Assembly (NCBI GenBank): GCA_965277805.1
Contig: OZ255842.1
Coordinates: 3,360,001 to 3,424,000 of the forward strand
Direction: 5' to 3'
From: Candidatus Lustribacter sp.
Lineage (GTDB): Bacteria > Vulcanimicrobiota > Vulcanimicrobiia > Vulcanimicrobiales > Vulcanimicrobiaceae
DNA: 64,000 nt
Every line of letters begins with the position of its first letter. Within the stretch, counting starts at the first letter, position 1. A program made the translations under genes and the position numbers. Of this stretch, positions 35,726 to 44,497 are shown piece after piece. The notes under the pieces were generated by a model. It was not told the DNA's origin. It searched no databases and saw only the letters and a list, made by a program, of their open reading frames with translations.

Positions 35726-36760
35726 ATGAACCGACGTGCCGCCCTCGAACTCGCTCTCTCGGCACCGCTCGTCCTCGCCGCGAGAACCGGCGCCGATGCG
35801 CAAGCAGACGATCTCTACCCGGCCGCTCGCGCCGAGGGCGCGTTGACGATGTACATCGGCGGCGCGTCGATCAACTCGGCACCGGTCGTCAAAGCGTTCA
35901 ACGCGCGCTATCCCGGCATCGACGTGACGGTCGTGGGTGCCTATAGCAACGTCAACGACGCGATCATCGAGCAGCAGTTGCACGACCGCACGGTCACGGC
36001 CGACATCATCAGCTTCCAGACGGTGCAAGACTTCGTGCGCTGGAATGCCGCGGGCGACATCTTGCCCTACAAGTTTCCCGGCTACGAGCTCTTCGACGCA
36101 CACTACGGCGATCCGAACGGCGCGTTCATGGCGACGAATCTCAACCCGCTGACCTATCTCTATAATACCCAACAGGTCGCGGCGGCCGACGTTCCCAAAT
36201 CGGCGCTCGACTTTCTCGCACCGAAGTTTGCCGGCCGGACGATTACGTGTTATCCGCACGACGACGACGCGACGCTCTATCTCTTTCACACCTTGCAGCA
36301 GAAATACGGCTGGGAATTCGTCGACAAGTACATGGCGAACAAACCGGCGTTCGTCGAGGGGCACGCCGGCGTCGTGCAGGCGATCGCTGCGGGCACCAAA
36401 TCGGTATCGTTCGATTGCTCGGCTCATATGGTCGCCGATCCGCAAGCCAAAGGTGCGCCGCTCGCGGTGGTGTTCTCGCCGGCCGATCCGACGCCGGTGT
36501 TCTACAACACGAGCGGCATCTTGCGCGCGGCGCCGCATCCGAACGCGGCCAAGCTCTTCACCGCCTGGTATCTTTCCAAAGAGCAGCAGATTACGGCCAA
36601 CTGGTCGGCCCGCCGCGATGTGCCGCCGCCGCCGGGTTACCGGCCGCTTTCTTCGTATCACATTGCCGATGAGTATCGCGCCTTCGTCGTCAACACGGAG
36701 CTCGTCAACAGCTTGCGCGCGAAATACCTCGCCTACACGGGACCGGTGGTAAATCACTGA
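35726..36760 (+). CDS. ABC substrate-binding protein, AfuA/Fe3+/thiamine-type
   Basis: MNRRAAL signal; AARAEGAL, FNARYPGI, YNTQQV...PKS..D.L.P and APHPNAAKLF. Confidence 0.88.
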   Translation: MNRRAALELALSAPLVLAARTGADAQADDLYPAARAEGALTMYIGGASINSAPVVKAFNARYPGIDVTVVGAYSNVNDAIIEQQLHDRTVTADIISFQTVQDFVRWNAAGDILPYKFPGYELFDAHYGDPNGAFMATNLNPLTYLYNTQQVAAADVPKSALDFLAPKFAGRTITCYPHDDDATLYLFHTLQQKYGWEFVDKYMANKPAFVEGHAGVVQAIAAGTKSVSFDCSAHMVADPQAKGAPLAVVFSPADPTPVFYNTSGILRAAPHPNAAKLFTAWYLSKEQQITANWSARRDVPPPPGYRPLSSYHIADEYRAFVVNTELVNSLRAKYLAYTGPVVNH

Positions 36761-36761
36761 T

Positions 36762-37508
36762 ATGAGCAATGCCCCTGCGAAAAACGGCCGGATCGTGCGC
36801 GAGCTGGTGCTTGCGAACCACATTCTGGCATTCGAGAACGTGCTCGATGCGTACGGTCATGTGAGCGTGCGCAATCCGGAGAATCCGGCCTCCTTTCTCA
36901 TGTCGCGTTCGCGCAGTCCCGAGATCGTCGACCCGGACGACATCTTCGTCCACGATCTCAGCGGCAACGTCGACGGCATGGCGGCGAAGGAGCTCTATCG
37001 CGAGCGCTTCATCCACGCGGCGATTTACGAAGCGCGGCCGGAGATCGCGGCCGTGATCCACTCCCACGCCGACGACGTGCTGCCGTTTTCGATCAGCAAG
37101 CTTCCGCTTCAAGCCGTGTTCCATGCCGCGAGTTCGATCGGCGCCAAGCCCGTGCCGGTGTGGGACATTCGCCGGGACTTCGGCGACACGAACCTGCTCG
37201 TGGAGAGCATCGATCAGGGCCGCAGCCTCACGCGCACCATGGCCGGCGGCTCGATCGTCCTCATGCGCGGCCACGGCTTCGCCGCCGGCGGCAGCTCGCT
37301 GATCTACTTGCTGAAGATGGCCGCAGCGCTGCCGCGCAACGCACGCATTCTGCTCGACACGATGCACGCCGGCGGCGAGGTCGTACCGCTCTCCGAAGGC
37401 GAGGTCGCGCTGCGCGATGCAACGGATCTCAGCCTGCCCGCCGGCCAACGGCAGTGGGAATACTGGTGCCGCAAGCTCGGCGTCGCGTACGAACCCGGCG
37501 GTTTTTAG
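36762..37508 (+). CDS. Class II aldolase/adducin family protein
   Basis: DAYGHVSVR, ERFIHAAIY..RP, VIHSH and LMRGHG. Confidence 0.92.
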   Translation: MSNAPAKNGRIVRELVLANHILAFENVLDAYGHVSVRNPENPASFLMSRSRSPEIVDPDDIFVHDLSGNVDGMAAKELYRERFIHAAIYEARPEIAAVIHSHADDVLPFSISKLPLQAVFHAASSIGAKPVPVWDIRRDFGDTNLLVESIDQGRSLTRTMAGGSIVLMRGHGFAAGGSSLIYLLKMAAALPRNARILLDTMHAGGEVVPLSEGEVALRDATDLSLPAGQRQWEYWCRKLGVAYEPGGF

Positions 37509-37518
37509 GAGATCGTCC

Positions 37519-38475
37519 ATGCTCACACGCTGTCTGTCTGCCCTCGTGCTGGTGTTCGCGCTCGCGAGCCCGCAAGCGGTGCGGCCGCAAGAGTTGCCGA
37601 CGATCCATATCGCGTCGGTCACGAACGACACGTGTTCGGCGATCCTCTACGCGATGAAGCTCGGGCTCTTTCAAAAAGCCGGCCTCAACATCGACTTTCA
37701 AGGCATGAACAGCGGTGCTGCGGCATCCGCCGCCGTGGCCGGGGGCGCGGCGCAATTCGGCCAATCGAGTTTAGTCACGCTGATCGATGCGCACGCGCGC
37801 GGCATTCCGTTCACGCTGATCGCACCGAGCGGCATCATCACCCGCGGCTCGCTCTACGCCGCGGCGCTCGTCCGCAGCGACTCGCCGATCAAGACCGGTG
37901 CCGACCTCAACGGCAAAACGTTCGCCGTTCCCGCCATCAAGGACCTCAATCAGATCGCGGCCATGGCGTGGGTCGATCAAAACGGCGGTGATTCGCGCAC
38001 GCTTAAGTTCATCGAGCTCTCGGCGCCCGCGACGATCGCCGCGATCGAAGACGGCCGCGTCGACGCGGGCAACGTGGGCACGCCGACCCTCACGATCGCG
38101 CTCGAGGGCGGCAAGACGCGCATCATGGCGTCGGTGTTCGATGCATTCGGCAGCCGTTTCGCCAACACGGGCTGGTTCACGACGGCGGATTATGCCAAAA
38201 ACAATCCGGATACGGTCACCCGCTTTGCGAACGTGATGCGGCAAGCATCCCAACTCGCCAACGCCCACCACGCCGAGACGGCCGCGCTGCTTGCCGATTA
38301 TTTCAAGGGCGATCCCAAAGTCTACGCGCGCATGTCCCGCGTCGTCTTCGCCGACGCCCTCGATCCGCGCGACATCCAGCCGCTCATCGACGCGGCGGCG
38401 AAATACAAGGCGATCGACCGCGCGTTTCCGGCGCAGGAGATGATCAGCCCGCTCGCACTTGGGGCGAAGCGCTAA
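37519..38475 (+). CDS. ABC substrate-binding protein, SsuA/NMT1 family
   Basis: AGGAG then ATG at 37519; GLFQKAGL, ADLNGKT, WVDQNGGD and QPLIDAAAKY. Confidence 0.88.
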   Translation: MLTRCLSALVLVFALASPQAVRPQELPTIHIASVTNDTCSAILYAMKLGLFQKAGLNIDFQGMNSGAAASAAVAGGAAQFGQSSLVTLIDAHARGIPFTLIAPSGIITRGSLYAAALVRSDSPIKTGADLNGKTFAVPAIKDLNQIAAMAWVDQNGGDSRTLKFIELSAPATIAAIEDGRVDAGNVGTPTLTIALEGGKTRIMASVFDAFGSRFANTGWFTTADYAKNNPDTVTRFANVMRQASQLANAHHAETAALLADYFKGDPKVYARMSRVVFADALDPRDIQPLIDAAAKYKAIDRAFPAQEMISPLALGAKR

Positions 38476-38480
38476 GCGCG

Positions 38481-39323
38481 GTGCACGAACTCAGCCTCGC
38501 AAACCTGACGGTAGCCGATGCCGGTCCGCTCGAACTGCTTGATGCGGCGGCCGGCGCCGGCTTCGACTCCGTCAACATGTGGCTGATCCCGCCGCCGGCG
38601 ATGGCCGCCTTTAACGTGAAGTGCGGTGCCGTGACGCCGGCAGTCGGCAACGCAGCGCTGATTCGCGCGATCAACGCGCGGACCGCGGCGACGGGCGTGC
38701 GCGTCTTCGAGGCGTCGTGCAGTTGGCTCTCGCCTGCGTTCGACCGCGCCGAAGTCGCGCCGGTGCTCGAGACGATGGCGCAGATCGGAACTCGGCGCGT
38801 ATCGGTCGTCGGCTGGGATCCCGACCGGACGCGTTTGATCGCTAACCTCGCCGCGCTCTGCGCTGATGCCGCCGTTTACGGCATGACGGTGACGCTCGAG
38901 TTCATGCCATACAGTGCGGTGCGCACCGTTGCCGACACCGCCGGACTGCTCGCCGCCGCCGGCGCGCCGAACCTCGACGTGCTGGTCGATGCGTTGCATC
39001 TCGCGCGCTCGGGCGGAACGCCGGCCGGCTTGCAGGTGCTCGATCCGCGTCAAATCGGCGTCGTGCAACTCTGCGATGCGCCCGCAGCTGCTCCGCTGCC
39101 CGACCGGCTGCGCGATGAGTCCGTCAACCGCCGGCTCTATCCCGGCGAAGGCGAATTGCCGCTGGACGCATTACTCGATGCATTGCCGAGTGACATCGTC
39201 ATCGAGATCGAATGCCCGACCGTCGAGCATGCGGAGGAGTCGATCGTGGAACGTGCGCGTCTGTGCGCGGAGCGCAGCCGGCGATTCTTGGAAGAATACC
39301 GCTCGCGCCGAGCCGTCCGATAG
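38481..39323 (+). CDS. Sugar phosphate isomerase/epimerase family (TIM barrel)
   Basis: LEFMPYS, LVDALHLARSGG, VQLCDA, RLYPGEGELPL and EIECP. Confidence 0.88.
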   Translation: MHELSLANLTVADAGPLELLDAAAGAGFDSVNMWLIPPPAMAAFNVKCGAVTPAVGNAALIRAINARTAATGVRVFEASCSWLSPAFDRAEVAPVLETMAQIGTRRVSVVGWDPDRTRLIANLAALCADAAVYGMTVTLEFMPYSAVRTVADTAGLLAAAGAPNLDVLVDALHLARSGGTPAGLQVLDPRQIGVVQLCDAPAAAPLPDRLRDESVNRRLYPGEGELPLDALLDALPSDIVIEIECPTVEHAEESIVERARLCAERSRRFLEEYRSRRAVR

Positions 39324-39331
39324 GAGAACAC

Positions 39332-40165
39332 GTGGTCAACGCCGAGCAAGCCACCCACTGGAATACTGCCGCGGGACCGCGTTGGGCGACGCTTGCGGAT
39401 CGCACCGACCGGCTTTTCGCCGAGGTGACGTCCGCGCTGTTGAAGTTCGCCGATGTGCAGGGCGGTGAAGCCGTGCTCGACGTCGGTTGCGGTTGCGGCG
39501 TCACCTCGCTCGCTGCCGCGCGCGCGGCCGGATCGGCGGGCAGCGTCCTCGGCGTCGATTTCTCGGTGCCGATGCTCGCGGTCGCCGAACGGCGCGCGCG
39601 CGAGGCGGGGCTATCGAACGTGCGGTTCATCGCAGCCGACGCCGCATTGCACGCATTCGAGCCGCAGCATTTCGATCTGCTCCTCTCGCAGCTCGGCGTT
39701 ATGTTCTTCGACGATACCGTCCGCGCGTTTGCGAACCTCTACGATGCGCTGCGCCCCGGCGGACGTCTGCGCATCGCGTGTTTTCGCAGCCTGATCGAGA
39801 ACGATTGGTTTTCGGTGCCGCTCGCCGCGGCGCGGAAACACGTCAACGTTCCGCCGCCGGGTAATCCGACGGCTCCCGGACCCACATCGCTTGCCGATCC
39901 GGATCATCTGCGAACCGTGCTTCGCGCGGCCGGCTTCGGCGGGATCGAACTGCGCCCGCTCAATGTCTTGCTTCCCGCCGGTACGCGCGCCGAAGCGGTG
40001 GAGCTTTTCTCGCGCGTCGGATCGCTCTCGCGAGCGCTCGCAGGCGCAAACGACGATCAGCGAACGGCCGTCACCGCCGCCCTCGAGGAAGCGTTGCGCG
40101 ACTACGAATCTTCCGGCGAAGTCGAACTCGGCGCGGGCCTCTGGCTCGTGAGCGCCCGCGCATGA
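39332..40165 (+). CDS. Class I SAM-dependent methyltransferase
   Basis: AGGAG then GTG at 39332; VLDVGCGCG, GVDFS..ML, ADA and GVMFFDD. Confidence 0.9.
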   Translation: MVNAEQATHWNTAAGPRWATLADRTDRLFAEVTSALLKFADVQGGEAVLDVGCGCGVTSLAAARAAGSAGSVLGVDFSVPMLAVAERRAREAGLSNVRFIAADAALHAFEPQHFDLLLSQLGVMFFDDTVRAFANLYDALRPGGRLRIACFRSLIENDWFSVPLAAARKHVNVPPPGNPTAPGPTSLADPDHLRTVLRAAGFGGIELRPLNVLLPAGTRAEAVELFSRVGSLSRALAGANDDQRTAVTAALEEALRDYESSGEVELGAGLWLVSARA

Positions 40166-41121
40166 GCGGCATGCTTTCCCGTAAGCGCGCCTCGGCGCTG
40201 TTGCTCGGCGGCCTCGCACTCGGTGCGTCGACTGCCGCGCTCCGTGCGCAAGACACTGCCAAGCTCCGGATCGCCACCATACCGATCGAACCCGGCGCAC
40301 AGGTTTATTACGCGCAGGACATGGGCTTCTTCGCGAAAGCCGGATTCGATGTCGACGTTACGGCGATGACGACCGGGCCGGGCATTGCGGCAGCGCTCGT
40401 TTCGAACGCGGTCGACATCGGCTTCGGCAGCGTCGATGCGGTCGCGGCAATCCATCAGAAGAACGTACCGCTCGTCCTGATCGCCGCGGCGTCGGACTAC
40501 GTGCCGGCCAGCGCGCGAACCACGGCCCTCGTCGTGCCGGCCGCGTCTCCGCTGCAGACGGCGAAAGATCTGAAAGGCAAGACGATCGCCGTTACCGCGA
40601 TCAACGGCATCACTCACACCGTCGCTGAGGCGTGGCTCGATCAAAACGGCGGCGATTCATCGCTGGGCAAGTTCGTGGAGCTCCCGCTCGCGGCGATGCC
40701 CGCCGCGCTCGACGCCGGACGCGTCGATGCGGTATGGATATCGCAACCGTTTCTCGAGCAAGCCAAGAAAAACGGCCGCGTACTGGTCTACGGATTCGAT
40801 ACCGTCGCGAAGCGCTTCATCTCAACCGCGTGGCTCACGACCGCACAGTGGGCGAACGATCACCCGGCGTTCGTGCGGCGCTTTGCAGCCGTCATGCGCC
40901 AAACCGCGGTGTGGGCCAACACGAACAACGCGGCGAGCGCACAGGTCCTAGCAAGGTACACCAAAGCCGATCCGGCGGTCATCGCAACGCAAGCCCGCAG
41001 TCATTTCGCCGAGGACCTGAATCCGGGGGCCTTACAGCCCCTCATCGACGTCGCCGCGAAATACAATAACTTCGCAACGTTCCCGGCCCGCGAACTCATT
41101 TTCGCAAGCGTTCGTACATGA
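40162..41121 (+). CDS. ABC substrate-binding protein, SsuA/NMT1 family
   Basis: YYAQDMGFFAKAG, KDLKGKT, WLDQNGGD, ALDAGRVDA and QPLIDVAAKY. Confidence 0.88.
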   Translation: MSGMLSRKRASALLLGGLALGASTAALRAQDTAKLRIATIPIEPGAQVYYAQDMGFFAKAGFDVDVTAMTTGPGIAAALVSNAVDIGFGSVDAVAAIHQKNVPLVLIAAASDYVPASARTTALVVPAASPLQTAKDLKGKTIAVTAINGITHTVAEAWLDQNGGDSSLGKFVELPLAAMPAALDAGRVDAVWISQPFLEQAKKNGRVLVYGFDTVAKRFISTAWLTTAQWANDHPAFVRRFAAVMRQTAVWANTNNAASAQVLARYTKADPAVIATQARSHFAEDLNPGALQPLIDVAAKYNNFATFPARELIFASVRT

Positions 41122-41611
41122 TCACCGGCTGAGCGTTGAGCGTGGTGCGGACGTGTTCGTGAAAGCCGGTCTTCCCGGCAACGCCGATCGACGCCGCATT
41201 CGTTTCGGTGATGAGCGCCACGATACGCGTCGCATCGAGCGATGCGTCGGCCCACGCAAGCATCGCCTCCACGGCTTCGGTTGCATACCCTCGGCCTTGC
41301 ATGGCCGGTGCAAGCGCCCAGCCCGCCTCGGGAACGTCATCGATCGACGGTACGATGTCGCGTTTGAAATGGTACAACCCGACCTCGCCCACGAACGCTC
41401 CGGTTGACGCTTCTTCCACCACGAGCGTCCCATATGGACGCGCGGCCCAATGGCCGATTGCGGCGAGAACCCGAAGCCACGATTGCTGGCGCGTCGACGG
41501 CACGCCGTTAGCGATATGCTGCGTGACCCGTGGATTCGACCACATCGCGTGCGATGCATCGAAATCATCCGGGGTCGGCCGCCGCATGCGCAGCCGTTCG
41601 GTTTCGATCAA
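41096..41611 (-). CDS. GNAT family N-acetyltransferase (RimJ/RimL-like)
   Basis: TTG start overlapping the upstream stop; IETERLRMR, EAGWAL, QGRGYATEA and NAASIGVA.K.GF. Confidence 0.88.
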   Translation of the reverse strand: MIETERLRMRRPTPDDFDASHAMWSNPRVTQHIANGVPSTRQQSWLRVLAAIGHWAARPYGTLVVEEASTGAFVGEVGLYHFKRDIVPSIDDVPEAGWALAPAMQGRGYATEAVEAMLAWADASLDATRIVALITETNAASIGVAGKTGFHEHVRTTLNAQPVIMYERLRK

Positions 41612-42561
41612 AGTTTGACCATGATCTCGTCGACGGTGAAGCGTCGCGGAGTTGCGCCGAACTCGGCGGCAATGTCGAGTTCCGGCTGGAGCGTCGCCGG
41701 GTTGAACGAGGCCGCGTAGGTCGCGCGCCGCATCGAGCGCACCTGGGCCAGCGGAATCTTCGCGTACTTTGCAACGATCGGCGCCGTGAGATCGGTGTGC
41801 GCGTTGGCCCATGCAGCAATGTCGTACATCACGGAGACGAAATGCTTCGCCAGGTCGCGGTTCTGCTCGACCCAGTCGCGACGCGCAACCCACATATTGA
41901 TCACCGACACCGGCCCGAAGACGACATAGGGAACGGCGAATTGCCGCGCGTCGGTCGTGAGGGCTTGGCTCAGCAGCGGCTCGCCGATATAACCGCACGC
42001 GATGGTGCCGTGAGCGAGCGCGGCATCGACGCCCCCAAAGGGGATCTCGATGAATTTCGCAGCGTTCGGATCGACCCCGCCACGCTTGAGCCAGGCTTGA
42101 ATGGAAACCGTGGTGAGCGAATTCAACGACGGCACCGAGATCAGTTGTCCCGCCAAATCGTGCGGCGTTTTGAGCGGCGAGGCTTTCGCGACGCAGAGCA
42201 CGCTCGACGGAAGGTCGACGCGAAACATTCCCGACGCGGTCAGCGCGACGAGCGGAACGCCGTGTGAGATCGCGTTGGCAACCGAGATCGCATCGATGAC
42301 GGCAAGATCGATCGCGCCGGCGACGAGGGCCGTTGCGGTCGCGCCGCTGCCGGGGAAAATCTGCAGCGTCGCGTCGATTCCCGCTTTCTGCAGAAAGCCG
42401 GCGTCGACGCCGTACCACGGCTCGGCGAACGCATCGGAGATGTTGCTGCCGAGCCGCAAGGGCTGCGCCGCCGTTTGTGCGCTGCCCCGCAGCGGCGTTG
42501 CAAGCGCGGCGCTCGCCGCCAGGAGGCTGAGTGCGCCGCCGCGCGTGATCGATCGAGACAT
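41608..42561 (-). CDS. ABC substrate-binding protein, SsuA/NMT1 family
   Basis: ITRGGALSLL signal; GFLQKAGID, DLAG, WLKRGGVD and WANAH. Confidence 0.87.
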   Translation of the reverse strand: MSRSITRGGALSLLAASAALATPLRGSAQTAAQPLRLGSNISDAFAEPWYGVDAGFLQKAGIDATLQIFPGSGATATALVAGAIDLAVIDAISVANAISHGVPLVALTASGMFRVDLPSSVLCVAKASPLKTPHDLAGQLISVPSLNSLTTVSIQAWLKRGGVDPNAAKFIEIPFGGVDAALAHGTIACGYIGEPLLSQALTTDARQFAVPYVVFGPVSVINMWVARRDWVEQNRDLAKHFVSVMYDIAAWANAHTDLTAPIVAKYAKIPLAQVRSMRRATYAASFNPATLQPELDIAAEFGATPRRFTVDEIMVKL

Positions 42562-42564
42562 CCG

Positions 42565-43446
42565 CTAGTTCACCACAATCAGTTGGAGCCGATTCCCGGA
42601 GGGATCGTAGAAGTATTCGCTGCGTTCGCCGGCCGGACGCTCGGCCGCGCGCACATCACCGTCCGTCGTGACCTTCCAGGCGCGGAGGTTCGCTTCGATC
42701 TCGTCGTAGGCGGCGAAATCCGCCACCGAAACCGCGATGTGCGCGCCGGCATGCGGGCGGCCGCTGCCGACCTTCGGTGCCGTCGATGCATCGGGGCCGC
42801 AGAAGAGCGACCGCTCCGAGAGTTCGTCGACCGCCTCGAGAAACAGCACCTGTCCCTCGCCGTTGCGCAGGATCACGCGTCCGTTGCCGAGTTCGCCCGC
42901 ATCACGATGGAGGAACGTCATGCCGAGTGCCTCGGTGTAGAACTTCTCCGCGAGCGGCAGATCGCTGACTTCGAGCGCGACGTGGCAGACGTCGGTCACG
43001 GCAACGGCGCCGCGACCGGCGGGCGCATCGCCCGCATCGTGACCGTCCCACGCCGCAAGCTCGACGATGTTGCCGTCGGGGTCGCGCAAACGCAGGCAGT
43101 CGCTGATTCCGAGACCGGCAGGCAACGCGGGCGCCGGCTCTGTGGAAATCTTCAGGCCGGCAAGCCGCTGCGGAAGATCCGCCAGCGCATCGCGCGACAC
43201 CGCGAAGCCGATGCGCGGCACCGGCCGCGATTCCGCCGCGGGCGGCAACGCATGCCGCGCGAGGCACAGCTCGAAGCGGTGCTTGCCCATTTCGACGAAC
43301 GAGATGATGGGCCAGCCGTCATACGTGCGCGTTTTGAGATTGGCCATGAAGAGCGGCCGCGCTCCGAAGAGCTTGTCGTAATATTCGTGCGCGCGCGGGA
43401 TGTCTTCCACGATGAAGCCCGAGTGATCGAAGGTGCGGATTGCCAT
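42565..43446 (-). CDS. VOC (glyoxalase/extradiol dioxygenase) family, two domains
   Basis: FDHSGFIVED, RDPDGNIVEL, VCHVALEVSDL...EKFY...LG and YFYDPSGNRLQL. Confidence 0.85.
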   Translation of the reverse strand: MAIRTFDHSGFIVEDIPRAHEYYDKLFGARPLFMANLKTRTYDGWPIISFVEMGKHRFELCLARHALPPAAESRPVPRIGFAVSRDALADLPQRLAGLKISTEPAPALPAGLGISDCLRLRDPDGNIVELAAWDGHDAGDAPAGRGAVAVTDVCHVALEVSDLPLAEKFYTEALGMTFLHRDAGELGNGRVILRNGEGQVLFLEAVDELSERSLFCGPDASTAPKVGSGRPHAGAHIAVSVADFAAYDEIEANLRAWKVTTDGDVRAAERPAGERSEYFYDPSGNRLQLIVVN

Positions 43447-43453
43447 GATGTTC

Positions 43454-44458
43454 CTACTTCGCCGGTTTCCAGTGGCTCGCGTCGAGTTCAGCGTTGACTT
43501 GATGCGCGAGCGTGAAATCGTAGATCTTGTTCACCGGCGGAATCTTGTCTTTCGGAATGTCGAGCAGGCCGGCGCGCACCTCGAGGTCCGGCACGATCAC
43601 GGAATCGCCCACCGTATAATCGCGCGTCATGGCCTTGAGCGCAACGTCGTAGCCTTCCTCGACGGATTTTTCGTCATCGGTGTTCCGGCTCTTCGCAAGA
43701 ATCGCCACCGTCTCGGCCTTGAACGCTTTCATGTAGCGGAAGCCCTTGATGATCGCGCGCAGCATCTTTTTGGCCAGCACCGGATCGCCGTAGAGCGTCT
43801 TGTCCGACATCGCGATCCCCGCATAGGGCATCTTGATCTTCTTCAAGTCGACCAGCACGTGGGATTTCTTGAGCTGGCCGCGTTTGAGCATCAGCATCGA
43901 GTCGGTCGTCGCAATCACCGCGGCCGACAGCGCGCCCGTTTCGAGGCCCGCGCCGATTCCGGACGGCTGTCCTAACGGCTGATAGCCGACGGCATCCGGT
44001 GAGATGCCGACCGATTGCAAGTACAACCGCGATGCGACCTCGAGCGTGTCGCCGCGCGATGCGACGCCGATCGTCTTGCCTTTCAGATCGGCGGCGGTCT
44101 TGATGTCGTTCGTGACCCAGATGCTGTACGTCGGGCTATCGGCCGTGATGCCCACGATGTGCAGCGCCGCGCCCTTGAGGATCGCGGTCAGCGACGCAGC
44201 CGCCGAACCGCTGGCCGCAATCGTGCCCGACATGAGCGCGGGCGTCGCGGTGCCGCCGCCCGCGTAGGTGAGCTCGACATCCAGGCCTTCGGCTGCGAAG
44301 TAGCCTTTCTGCAAGGCGACGAGCGGTGCGCTTTGATTTGCATCGTTGGACGCATACGTAATGGTGATCTTTTGCAAGCCCTGCGCGACCGTCGCGCTGC
44401 CCGGAAGCAACAACACACCGGCGACAATCGCTGCTATCCATGATTTCGCTGACGCCAT
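43454..44458 (-). CDS. ABC substrate-binding protein, SsuA/NMT1 family
   Basis: GAGGT then ATG at 44458; signal peptide; KGYFAAEGLDVEL and ADLKGKTIGV. Confidence 0.88.
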   Translation of the reverse strand: MASAKSWIAAIVAGVLLLPGSATVAQGLQKITITYASNDANQSAPLVALQKGYFAAEGLDVELTYAGGGTATPALMSGTIAASGSAAASLTAILKGAALHIVGITADSPTYSIWVTNDIKTAADLKGKTIGVASRGDTLEVASRLYLQSVGISPDAVGYQPLGQPSGIGAGLETGALSAAVIATTDSMLMLKRGQLKKSHVLVDLKKIKMPYAGIAMSDKTLYGDPVLAKKMLRAIIKGFRYMKAFKAETVAILAKSRNTDDEKSVEEGYDVALKAMTRDYTVGDSVIVPDLEVRAGLLDIPKDKIPPVNKIYDFTLAHQVNAELDASHWKPAK

Positions 44459-44497
44459 ACTAGTACTACCTCGGTCGCTCGTAGAAGGGACGAATTT

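Noticed and set aside
41612-42418. Apparent N-terminal extension on the GNAT (440 aa)
   Set aside because: It overlaps the SBP gene in another frame; GNAT similarity begins at the TTG at 41611.
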